In this document: positions 39,931-47,933 of the stretch, in pieces | Layout of the letters: the number at the start of each line of letters is the position of its first letter | How positions within the stretch are numbered: the first letter of the stretch is position 1 | NCBI GenBank assembly: GCA_018657525.1 | Contig: JABHWZ010000004.1 | Location: 26,245 to 90,244 of the forward strand | Direction: 5' to 3' | DNA: 64,000 nt | Source of the DNA: an archaeon | GTDB taxonomy: Archaea > Nanobdellota > Nanobdellia > Pacearchaeales > GW2011-AR1 | Notes under the pieces: model-generated | What the model was told of the DNA's origin: nothing | Seen by the model: only the letters and a program-made list of their open reading frames with translations | Databases searched by the model: none | Made by a program: the position numbers and the translations under genes

Positions 39931-40139
39931 ATGACCACCCTATAATAGATGGCAACCTCTTCGGTCTCATCATCTTTTCTTTCAATTTTAATTATATCAC
40001 CAATTTCCCAACCTTCTTGAAGCGACGGATCGTCGATAAAAATCTTAGGTAATTGCGCTTTAGAGATGTTTAATTTCTTTAAGAACTCTTCTGATTCTTT
40101 TTCATTAAGTTTAGTGTGTTTGGGTTGTAGAATGTGCAT
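39927..40139 (-). CDS. rpoH: DNA-directed RNA polymerase subunit H (Rpb5 homologue)
   Basis: 70 aa; HILQPKHTKL...GDIIKIERK...IYYRVV matches RpoH; 4-bp overlap with rpoB. Confidence 0.85.
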   Translation of the reverse strand: MHILQPKHTKLNEKESEEFLKKLNISKAQLPKIFIDDPSLQEGWEIGDIIKIERKDDETEEVAIYYRVVI

Positions 40140-40175
40140 TTTGATGATAATATGAGTTAGTATAAGCTATTCGCT
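40140..40175 (-). promoter_or_regulatory. putative TATA/BRE promoter of the rpoH-rpoB-rpoA operon (leaderless)
   Basis: minus-strand gcgaatagcTTATACTaactcatattatcatcaaaATG places a TATA-like element about 21-26 nt upstream of the ATG. Confidence 0.3.
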
Positions 40176-40334
40176 TTAACAACTTTACAATAATAAAAGA
40201 TTATGAATTTTCATTTAAAAAGCTTTCTATAATCTGGGAAATATGCTTTAAATTGAATATTTGCGAAACAAAAGCTTTTTTAAAGTATTTATCCCCATTT
40301 AATTTATTATTTGGGTTTAGTATTCAAATAATAT

Positions 40335-40408
40335 GGCTTCGTAGCTCAGCCTGGCAGAGCACTAGACTTTTAATCTAGGTGTCGCGGGTTCAAATCCCGT
40401 CGAGGCCA
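40335..40408 (+). tRNA. tRNA-Lys (anticodon UUU)
   Basis: hand-folded: acceptor GGCTTCG/CGAGGCC (one G-U), D-arm GCTC-AGCCTGGCA-GAGC, anticodon stem CTAGA/TCTAG with loop CTTTTAA, T-arm GCGGG-TTCAAAT-CCCGT, discriminator A. Confidence 0.85.
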
Positions 40409-40411
40409 TTT

Positions 40412-40672
40412 ATGTTTGACAAAGATATCTCTGAAATTTTATGCTATTGTTGTGGAGAAGAATATTCTATCAGAGAATTTAATTCAGAACTCCCCTTAGA
40501 GTTTTGTGGAGAATGTGGAGCAGAATTTTTCCTCCCTAAATCACACAATCCCTTAAAAGGTTACAAGTGCCTTGATCAATATTACAGTTTATTAGAATTG
40601 TTGCCCCCCCATCTTCTTAATCATTTACCTCTCTATCTAACTCCTCAGTTAAGTCCTCAAAGAATCAGTTAA
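40412..40672 (+). CDS. small zinc-ribbon-like protein (CxxC...CxxC)
   Basis: the track ORF starts inside the tRNA; a likelier ATG at 40412 gives MFDKDISEILCYCCGEE...CGECGAEF; overlaps the thioredoxin gene on the opposite strand at its 3' end. Confidence 0.35.
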   Translation: MFDKDISEILCYCCGEEYSIREFNSELPLEFCGECGAEFFLPKSHNPLKGYKCLDQYYSLLELLPPHLLNHLPLYLTPQLSPQRIS

Positions 40673-40969
40673 TTTCTCTTCAAGTTCTTCAGCACTAACC
40701 GCTCCAACAATTCTATCAAAAATCTTGCCATCTTTTATTATAATCATATTTGGAATTGAACTAACTTTATATTTGTCCGCCAACGCAGGATTATTTGCAA
40801 TATCTATTTTCCCAAATTTAATTTTATCATTAAATTTATCTTCCATCTCGTCGACAATTGGAGACATCATTATACAAGGCATACACCAATCTGCAAAAAA
40901 ATCAATAAATACAATTCCCCCTTTAAGGAACTCTTCAAATTCATGATTGGTTAATTCTTTGACAACCAT
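40649..40969 (-). CDS. trx: thioredoxin (CMPC active site)
   Basis: FFADWCMPCIMMSPIV thioredoxin-fold motif; 106 aa. Confidence 0.8.
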   Translation of the reverse strand: MVVKELTNHEFEEFLKGGIVFIDFFADWCMPCIMMSPIVDEMEDKFNDKIKFGKIDIANNPALADKYKVSSIPNMIIIKDGKIFDRIVGAVSAEELEEKLTDSLRT

Positions 40970-41008
40970 TAAATTTGAACAATTTTTTAATTTATAAAAT
41001 TATTCGTT

Positions 41009-41557
41009 CTATAAAATATCCTGTAAAACTTCCTCTACCTTTTTTTCCAAATCTTCAAAACTCCCATTATTTTCAAAAACAAAATCTGCCTTATTAATAC
41101 ATTGAGAAATATTTTGTTTAGCAGGATCATTGGAAATCATTTCTCTTTTTTCATTTACTACAAATTCTTGGAAAGAAACATTATCTGTTTTGCTCTGCCT
41201 TAAGAGAATTCTTTCATACCTTTTCCTAATTTCTGCATCAACTGCTAATAAATAAAATTTTCCTTTGGACTGAAGTGCTTCAACTTCTCCAACTGCTCGC
41301 AGACTTTCAATAACTGCCAAACCTCCATCTTCCCTCGCTGATTCGTATAATTTTTCCACTATATAACTTGGGGAATTTTCAGCCCGCAATTTATTTGCCA
41401 CCAGAACCATATTATCTCGGTTCACTGCTAGACTTAATATTTTTATTTCGTCGACGATAAAATCCCTAACAGAATAATGCACAAAACCCTTTGTCTTTAA
41501 ATAATCTACAATCGTTCCTTTCCCTGCTCCGAGTGTTCCAGTAATTCCGATTATCAT
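41009..41557 (-). CDS. P-loop (deoxy)nucleotide or dephospho-CoA kinase-like protein
   Basis: Walker A GITGTLGAGKGT at the N-terminus; 182 aa; 4-bp overlap with dut in a dNTP-metabolism operon. Confidence 0.55.
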   Translation of the reverse strand: MIIGITGTLGAGKGTIVDYLKTKGFVHYSVRDFIVDEIKILSLAVNRDNMVLVANKLRAENSPSYIVEKLYESAREDGGLAVIESLRAVGEVEALQSKGKFYLLAVDAEIRKRYERILLRQSKTDNVSFQEFVVNEKREMISNDPAKQNISQCINKADFVFENNGSFEDLEKKVEEVLQDIL

Positions 41558-41985
41558 GCTCCACTACTCCCAAACCCGCTGTCACTTCTTTCACTTTCTT
41601 TTAACTTTTCAACTTCTTCAAATTCTATTTGTGGATAAGGAAGAATTATAATTTGACAAATTTTATCTCCCACTTCATAAACTTCTTCCCCAATTTTTCT
41701 AAATCTTAATTTTAATTCTCCACGATAACCAGAATCAATGACTGCTACATGATTTGTTAAAACCAAATCTTTATTGGATAAACTACTTCGTGGAAAAATA
41801 ATACCCACATACCCTTCTGGAATTTCAAATGCTAATTCAGTCCCATATTCAATAAACTTTTCTTTTTCTTCCTTAGACATTGCAATCAAGTCCATCCCAG
41901 CGTCACCAAATTTAGCATATTCAGGAATAATTGCATTAGAATTTAATTTCTTTATTTTTACTCGCATTTGCTTCCACACCCACAA
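41554..41985 (-). CDS. dut: dUTP diphosphatase (trimeric dUTPase/dCTP-deaminase fold)
   Basis: motifs AGMDL, FPRSSLS and VIDSGYRGEL; 143 aa. Confidence 0.8.
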   Translation of the reverse strand: MWVWKQMRVKIKKLNSNAIIPEYAKFGDAGMDLIAMSKEEKEKFIEYGTELAFEIPEGYVGIIFPRSSLSNKDLVLTNHVAVIDSGYRGELKLRFRKIGEEVYEVGDKICQIIILPYPQIEFEEVEKLKESERSDSGFGSSGA

Positions 41986-44522
41986 ACTTTACATCCTTCT
42001 TGATAAGTAAAGGGTTGTCCACAATCTTTACATACCTCTCTTGTTTGTGTACCATCTTCGATATATTTTTTCAATGCCCTTCTAACCCCACTTTTCCAAC
42101 TATGAATTCCCTCTATCTTATCATCCATTTTATCAATTATATGGACTATCTCTTCTAACGGAACTTGATTTCGCATCATTCCAGAAATCATTCTACTATA
42201 ATTCCAGTAAGCTCTATCAAACTGGTGTGAAATTCCTCCAACTCTTGATTGAAATCCATTTCTATCGGCATAGATAAAATCATAATGAGTTCGTTGTCCA
42301 TCCTTTTCCTTTACAATTATCCCTTCAGTTATGTTACTGGGAACCGCTAAGACTTCCTCTTCTGATTTGCCTGTAAAAATCTCATACGGTCTGCCTTCAT
42401 GTAATCCCACAAACGCAATCCATTTATCTAGACAATCAGGTGATTGATTATTAAATCTCAAAACTTCAGCTTCAAGTTCTTTTGGACGATTACTTAGTAT
42501 ACTTGTCACAGAGTTTTCTTTTGTAGTCATAACCCCTGACCCTCTTGATCCATCTCGATAGATAGTAATTCCCTTACATCCGGCTTCCCATGCTTTTTGA
42601 TAAACTTTTGCTACAGTTTCTTTAGTAGTCTCTTCTGGAAGATTAACTGTAGCACTAATAGAATGATCTACCCATTTCTGAACTCTTCCCTGCAATTCTA
42701 CTTTTTTTACCCAATCAGTATCTTGGGCTGTTGATTTATTATAAGGTGATTCTTTCACTAGTTCTTTTAACTCTTCTTTACCCATATTTAAAATATTCTG
42801 TTTAGAATATCCTAATGGTTCTGCCCATTCCATAAAAGGTCTATGAACTATGTCAAAAATTTCCCATTCATCCCCAACATTATCCACATCATCCACTTTT
42901 GCCCCGCGATTTGTTTTGGCATTTGTATCTATTTTTTTCCGTCTTTGGTATCTTGCTGCAAATAAGGGTTCTATTCCTGAGGATGTTTGTGTCATAATGC
43001 TTGTAGTCCCAGTGGGAGCAATTGTAAGAAGAGCTATATTTCTTCTCCCATCTTTTTGCATTTCATTATAAAGTTCTGGGCGCGCCTCACGAATTCTCTC
43101 AATAAAAGGATTGTCTGCTTCTAGTTCTGGATCATAGACTGAAAATGCTCCTCTCTCCCTAGACATTTCAATAGATGATTGATATGCGCTTAGTGCCATT
43201 TCTTCATGTAATTTTTCTTCAAATTGATTTCCTTCTTCTGTAGCATATCCTAATCCTAATGCTGCCAATGTGTCTGCTTCGCCAACAATCCCCAACCCAG
43301 TTCTTCTCCCCCCAGAGGTTTGCTTTCTAATTTTTTCCCATAATCTTCTTTCTACACTCTTTATTTCATCTAACTCTGGATCCCTATTAATTTTATCCAA
43401 AATTTTATCTATTTTCTCCAATTCTAAATCTACAATATCATCCATAATTCTCTGCGCTTTCTTAACATTTTTTTGAAATAAATCATGATTAAATTCAGCT
43501 TCAGGAGTAAAACGATTTTCAACATGCTCATAAAGATTTAGAGCTAATAATCTACAAGAATCATAAGGGCAAAGGGGAATCTCCCCACAAGGATTTGTTG
43601 AAGTGGTTTTATAACCAAATTCAGAGTACCTATCTGGAAGAGATTCCCGGATAATATTATCCCAAAATAAAATTCCCGGTTCAGCAGATTGCCAAGCATT
43701 ATGAATTATCTTTCCCCAAAGTTCACCAGCATTAACTGCTTGAGTGTATTTTGGATCATCAGTTTCAATTGGAAATTGTTGAAAATATTCCCCTCCATTT
43801 AACGCTTTATTCATAAATTCATCATCTACTCTGACTGAACAATTTGCCCCAGTAATTCTTCCCAAATCCATTTTAGCATCAATAAAATCTTCTGCATCTG
43901 GATGTCGAATAGATAAGCTTAACATAAGTGCCCCCCGCCTACCATCTTGAGCAACTTCCCTTGTAGAATTTGAATGTCTATCTGCAAAAAGTACCACTCC
44001 CGTAGAAGTTAATGCAGAATTATTTACTGGACTCGCTTTAGGACGAATTCCTGATAAATCATACCCTACTCCTCCTCGACGTTTCATAAGTTGTACTTGT
44101 TCTTGATCTATTTGCATGATCGCTCCGTAAGAATCCGCAGATTCTTCTTGCACTCCAATCACAAAACAATTTGATAATGATGCAACTTGAAAATCATTTC
44201 CAATGCCAGTCATTGGGCTTCCCTGTGGAACTATATATTTAAAATCTTTAATCAATTCAAAAATTTCTTCTTCTTCCATTGGATTTTTATAATTTGCCTC
44301 AACTCTTGCAATTTCCCCAGCAATTCTATGATGCATATCCTCTGGAGTTCTCTCATATAAATTTCCAAAAGAATCTTTCAAAGCATATTTGTCAAGCCAA
44401 GTTAATGCAGCAAATCTATTTCCATTAAAGTATCTTGTGGATGCTTCAGCTGCTTCTTGGAAACTATATTTGGGAAGCTCCTTTGATACCAAAGTCTTAT
44501 TTTCTATTGTCTTTCCCATCAC
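41958..44522 (-). CDS. nrdJ: ribonucleoside-diphosphate reductase, class II (adenosylcobalamin-dependent, monomeric type) with C-terminal zinc ribbon
   Basis: active-site NPCGEIPL with the preceding Cys; conserved glycyl/thiyl-radical-domain blocks; C-terminal CKDCGQ...CKVCGCGSKCE; no NrdB-like gene nearby. Confidence 0.85.
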   Translation of the reverse strand: MMGKTIENKTLVSKELPKYSFQEAAEASTRYFNGNRFAALTWLDKYALKDSFGNLYERTPEDMHHRIAGEIARVEANYKNPMEEEEIFELIKDFKYIVPQGSPMTGIGNDFQVASLSNCFVIGVQEESADSYGAIMQIDQEQVQLMKRRGGVGYDLSGIRPKASPVNNSALTSTGVVLFADRHSNSTREVAQDGRRGALMLSLSIRHPDAEDFIDAKMDLGRITGANCSVRVDDEFMNKALNGGEYFQQFPIETDDPKYTQAVNAGELWGKIIHNAWQSAEPGILFWDNIIRESLPDRYSEFGYKTTSTNPCGEIPLCPYDSCRLLALNLYEHVENRFTPEAEFNHDLFQKNVKKAQRIMDDIVDLELEKIDKILDKINRDPELDEIKSVERRLWEKIRKQTSGGRRTGLGIVGEADTLAALGLGYATEEGNQFEEKLHEEMALSAYQSSIEMSRERGAFSVYDPELEADNPFIERIREARPELYNEMQKDGRRNIALLTIAPTGTTSIMTQTSSGIEPLFAARYQRRKKIDTNAKTNRGAKVDDVDNVGDEWEIFDIVHRPFMEWAEPLGYSKQNILNMGKEELKELVKESPYNKSTAQDTDWVKKVELQGRVQKWVDHSISATVNLPEETTKETVAKVYQKAWEAGCKGITIYRDGSRGSGVMTTKENSVTSILSNRPKELEAEVLRFNNQSPDCLDKWIAFVGLHEGRPYEIFTGKSEEEVLAVPSNITEGIIVKEKDGQRTHYDFIYADRNGFQSRVGGISHQFDRAYWNYSRMISGMMRNQVPLEEIVHIIDKMDDKIEGIHSWKSGVRRALKKYIEDGTQTREVCKDCGQPFTYQEGCKVCGCGSKCE

Positions 44523-44962
44523 TTAATCCCTCCAATCTCTTTTTTAAAATCTTTAACATCTTGAAAATCTTTATATACCGACGCAAATCTTATGTATGCA
44601 ATATTATCTAATCGCTTAATTTTTTTAATGATTAATTCTCCAATTTTAAAACTCTTGATTTCCTTTTTCCCCTTTCTTCTTATTTGTTCCTCAATTTCGT
44701 TTACCATTTTTTTAATTTTTTCTTGCGACACCGGTCGCTTTTCAAATGCTCTTGTCACCCCAATCCCAATTTTTTCAATATTAAATTTTTGTCTTGCACC
44801 ATCTTTTTTTATTACCCAAATTTCTCCCTTATCAATTTTTTCATATGTTGTGAATCTTTTTTGACATTTGAGACATTCCCTTCTTCTTCTGATGCCCTCT
44901 GGAGAATTTCTTTTATCTGTAACCCTATGGGTCGTATGTGAGCAATATGGACATTCTATCAT
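44519..44962 (-). CDS. nrdR: NrdR-family transcriptional repressor of ribonucleotide reductase genes (zinc ribbon plus ATP-cone)
   Basis: MIECPYCSHTTHRVTDKR...RRRRECLKCQKRFTTYEKI then ATP-cone VIKKDGARQKF...KRPVS and C-terminal IAYIRFASVYKDFQDVKDF match NrdR; the track ORF (to 44977) begins at a TTG, ATG at 44962 fits NrdR length. Confidence 0.8.
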   Translation of the reverse strand: MIECPYCSHTTHRVTDKRNSPEGIRRRRECLKCQKRFTTYEKIDKGEIWVIKKDGARQKFNIEKIGIGVTRAFEKRPVSQEKIKKMVNEIEEQIRRKGKKEIKSFKIGELIIKKIKRLDNIAYIRFASVYKDFQDVKDFKKEIGGIK

Positions 44963-44972
44963 TCTTTTAATA

Positions 44973-45017
44973 TACAATATGTTGTATGAAGTTATTCTCT
45001 CTTACACCATAATTTGT
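44973..45017. promoter_or_regulatory. two candidate NrdR-box-like imperfect palindromes spaced 31 bp centre-to-centre, immediately upstream of nrdR
   Basis: tACAATATGTTGTa (44973-44986) and ACACCATAATTTGT (45004-45017) resemble the ACAC.ATAT..GTGT NrdR box; 31-bp spacing equals the tandem-box spacing known in bacteria. Confidence 0.4.
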
Positions 45018-45108
45018 ATTATAACTAAAAATAAATCCTATTTAAACATTTATAATCACTTTAAAGTGGGCGGAGGAAATTGAAGGATTTTTTAGTTGTT
45101 ATCATTAT

Positions 45109-45939
45109 TCATGCACAAATCCCAACTAACTGACATTTCTTACAAATTTTTCCACGCGAAGGCTCCCCACAATTTTCACAATATTTAACGCCTTCGCTCT
45201 TTTTCTCAACCCGCTTCAAAAGTTTCTTTGAATTTTTAATTATATTCTCTTTTTGTTTTGTCGGAACTTTTTCTAAAAAATTCCTTATCTGAATCCTATA
45301 AGAATCAATAGCACACGGACATCCCTCATAATGAACTGGAAGTTTATTTTTCTTTGAATATTTTTTAATATCTTCTTCAGCAATATAAAACAGCGGTTTA
45401 ATCCTCGGAATAAATTTTTTATTTGAAATATTTTTTGTTACAATTCCAGAACTTGCACTTAATTCTAAACTTCCCTTAAAAACATTCATTAAAATTGTCT
45501 GCGCTTCGTCGTCGAGATTATGACCGGTTGCAATATAATCCGCTTTCAATCCCCTCACTGCTTTATTTAAAATCCATTTTTTAATAACCCCACAAATTGC
45601 ACAATTTTTAATCTGTGATTTTTTCTGTTTGTAATGTTCAGTCTGAATCGCAGTTCGAAGATAACACATTCCAGAACCCATTTCTTTTTTCATATCATAA
45701 AGATGCAATCGCATATCCAATAATTTACAAAGCTCGACAACTTTTTTCAAACACTCTTCAGAATATTTCCCAATTTTTAAATCAATGTGTAACCCTTCAA
45801 TTTTATGTCCAAGTTTGTGCAAAAGATATGCAACAACAGTAGAGTCCTTCCCTCCAGATAAAGCTACCACGATTTTTTTTTCCTTATTTAAACCAATTCG
45901 CTTTATAGTTTCCTTAAATTTTTTCTCAAGTTTATCCAT
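45109..45939 (-). CDS. PP-loop ATP pyrophosphatase, TtcA/TtuA-family tRNA thiolase-like, with extra C-terminal zinc ribbon
   Basis: PP-loop VALSGGKDS; Cys motifs CAICG and EGCPC at TtcA-like Fe-S ligand spacing; C-terminal CENCGEPSRGKICKKCQ. Confidence 0.65.
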   Translation of the reverse strand: MDKLEKKFKETIKRIGLNKEKKIVVALSGGKDSTVVAYLLHKLGHKIEGLHIDLKIGKYSEECLKKVVELCKLLDMRLHLYDMKKEMGSGMCYLRTAIQTEHYKQKKSQIKNCAICGVIKKWILNKAVRGLKADYIATGHNLDDEAQTILMNVFKGSLELSASSGIVTKNISNKKFIPRIKPLFYIAEEDIKKYSKKNKLPVHYEGCPCAIDSYRIQIRNFLEKVPTKQKENIIKNSKKLLKRVEKKSEGVKYCENCGEPSRGKICKKCQLVGICA

Positions 45940-45977
45940 AGAATAAATTAGTTCTAAGAAGTTTTAAATGTTATTAG

Positions 45978-46373
45978 TTATCTATCTAATTCTGTGTGAC
46001 AATGAACTGTCCATAAAAATGAAGGCAATAAATATGTTTTTCCTTTGTGCTCTGTCAAGTATCCAAATTTCTTTTCCAGAACTGCATCCAATCCATAATC
46101 TTTTCTTCCTTTAACTTCTCTGGCTCTCCATTCTCCTACTTTAGCTGCTCTCATAATCAAATTAACAAGATGTTGTTCATATTTGGAGTTTCCCAAAGTG
46201 TCCATAACTAATCTGGCTACAACATTTTTTCCCTGCGCAATAGCGCTTTTATGTTTACCAAAAACATCTTCGACAGGACTTTCCCTGTTTAAAATTCTCA
46301 TATAATCATCAGAATAAATTTCATCATCTAAGATTACATTTTGACCAATTAATTTTCTACTTGGAATTGTCAT
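45978..46373 (-). CDS. hypothetical protein (131 aa), downstream partner of Cys-rich small protein copy 1
   Basis: ORF with 4-bp overlap to the upstream small gene. Confidence 0.45.
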   Translation of the reverse strand: MTIPSRKLIGQNVILDDEIYSDDYMRILNRESPVEDVFGKHKSAIAQGKNVVARLVMDTLGNSKYEQHLVNLIMRAAKVGEWRAREVKGRKDYGLDAVLEKKFGYLTEHKGKTYLLPSFLWTVHCHTELDR

Positions 46374-46588
46374 CTTTTTTTCTCCATATGATTATCACAT
46401 CGTCCCTTGCCACAAGTCTGATGAAGTCTTTCGCCTTCTGCAGTTGGTTTACAGTTTAAACAATCATATATCTCTAATCCCTCAACATCATGCGCTTTAA
46501 CTCTGTGGGGCTTTGTCTTGTCTGGATCATATTTAGAGCATCCTCCAACATAGCTTCGATGCAAAATGCCGTTTTCATCTATAGTCAT
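46370..46588 (-). CDS. 72-aa Cys-rich (zinc-ribbon-like) small protein, paralog copy 1
   Basis: about 55% identical to the ORF at 47312-47530 (RSYVG.CS.Y.PD.T.P..VKA.DVEGL..Y.CLNC.PT.EGE...Q.CGK..C.N); the 17-nt stretch tccaacatagcttcgat is shared at nucleotide level. Confidence 0.5.
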   Translation of the reverse strand: MTIDENGILHRSYVGGCSKYDPDKTKPHRVKAHDVEGLEIYDCLNCKPTAEGERLHQTCGKGRCDNHMEKKR

Positions 46589-46649
46589 TGTATTATTGTA
46601 ATTTTAAAGGGGTATTTAAATCTTTTGTTCTAAGAAGTTTTAAACTTTC

Positions 46650-47315
46650 TTATCTGTAAAATTCTTCAACTTTATTATCTAAATACTCTGCCTCTTCTAG
46701 TGGAAGTTTACCTTTTCTTCTCATTTGGCAAGCCCATCCCATCATCAACCCTGCTGTTGAAGTCATAAATGGAGGAAAAACTTGTGTCATAAATTCCATA
46801 TGAGCCTGGATCTCAGCAGAAGGGGCAGGATTAACTCCCCCTGTTAGATAATTACAGAGAAGAGGTGCTATTGTATACGCCATTGCTGCAGTAATTGCCA
46901 CCATCCCCACAAAATTATCTGGTGCTAAAATTCCATCAGTTCTTAAATAATTCAATCCCCTGCTAACCAATTCTTTTGTTTGTCCTAATCTTTCATTATG
47001 AACTTTATTTCTTCTCCTAGGAAATAATCTCCAAACCGGTTTATCAACTCGATCAGATAACTCTCTTAAAGAATCTCCAATAGTTATCTTTCCATTTATC
47101 GCATCTTTCAAAACAGGATTCTCTTCATATGCTCTTATTATTTGTTTTTGATATTCAGACATATCAATCCAAGGTAAATCCTCAAGAGTGGGCCCCATAT
47201 AGTTTTCTTCAAACATTCTATATCCTTCAAACTTTTTTCTTACTTCATCAAACTCTTGTCGAATTTCATCATTTATTCCTTCTGATTCTTTTAATTGAGC
47301 ATATAAACTTGTCAT
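46650..47315 (-). CDS. hypothetical protein (221 aa) with hydrophobic C-terminal half, downstream partner of Cys-rich small protein copy 2
   Basis: ORF with 4-bp overlap to the upstream small gene; hydrophobic segment GMVAITAAMAYTIAPLLCNYL. Confidence 0.5.
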   Translation of the reverse strand: MTSLYAQLKESEGINDEIRQEFDEVRKKFEGYRMFEENYMGPTLEDLPWIDMSEYQKQIIRAYEENPVLKDAINGKITIGDSLRELSDRVDKPVWRLFPRRRNKVHNERLGQTKELVSRGLNYLRTDGILAPDNFVGMVAITAAMAYTIAPLLCNYLTGGVNPAPSAEIQAHMEFMTQVFPPFMTSTAGLMMGWACQMRRKGKLPLEEAEYLDNKVEEFYR

Positions 47316-47530
47316 CTTTTTTTCTTCCTAAAATTTTCACAATATCTCTTACCACACGGTTGAGTTATTTTCTCTCCTTCATCAGTTGGCACACAATTCA
47401 AACATTCATAAACATCCAAACCTTCCACATCACGCGCTTTAACTCCGCGAGGTCTTGTAGTGTCTGGTAAATAACTAGAACACTCTCCAACATAGCTTCG
47501 ATTTAAAATTCTGTTTCTATTTCTTACCAT
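47312..47530 (-). CDS. 72-aa Cys-rich (zinc-ribbon-like) small protein, paralog copy 2
   Basis: paralog of 46370-46588 with the same Cys spacing. Confidence 0.5.
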   Translation of the reverse strand: MVRNRNRILNRSYVGECSSYLPDTTRPRGVKARDVEGLDVYECLNCVPTDEGEKITQPCGKRYCENFRKKKR

Positions 47531-47618
47531 CGTAATATTTCAATTTTTAAAACATTTATAAACATTTGTATGTTCAATAAATCCAAATATTTATAAAACA
47601 TTTTTTTATCTAATTTTT

Positions 47619-47921
47619 ATGACAAAACAATTAGATAAGATGGCAAGTGACTTTTCTTTAGCCTATGCTTTATGTTCTAGTGCAAGAAGGACTTGTTGTA
47701 TAATTGGGCCCGCTCTAAGACTTGGAAGTTTTGATTTAGAAAATATGCAAATGTTTATTGAAGGACTTAAAGATAATTGGAATTTGTTAAACCAACTTTC
47801 CACCAGATATCTTAAAACTCAAGAGATTACAAATTATCTTCTTCAAGTTAAATCTACTGCAAAAGACTCCTTGCCAGAAAATTTTTATAATTGGATTTAT
47901 GAAACTGACTCTACAGATTAA
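47619..47921 (+). CDS. hypothetical protein (100 aa)
   Basis: ORF only. Confidence 0.4.
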   Translation: MTKQLDKMASDFSLAYALCSSARRTCCIIGPALRLGSFDLENMQMFIEGLKDNWNLLNQLSTRYLKTQEITNYLLQVKSTAKDSLPENFYNWIYETDSTD

Positions 47922-47933
47922 TCAAATCTAATC

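Noticed and set aside
33169-44522. Numerous 60-110-aa ORFs inside rpoA, rpoB and the RNR gene (for example 34100-34360, 36690-37043, 38363-38617, 42850-43071, 43270-43476)
   Set aside because: All are embedded in or antisense to large genes with strong conserved motifs; no independent signals.
44977-44977. TTG start for nrdR as given by the ORF track
   Set aside because: The in-frame ATG 15 nt downstream (44962) yields MIECPYC..., the canonical NrdR N-terminus, so the shorter ORF is preferred; the upstream 15 nt overlap the candidate NrdR box.
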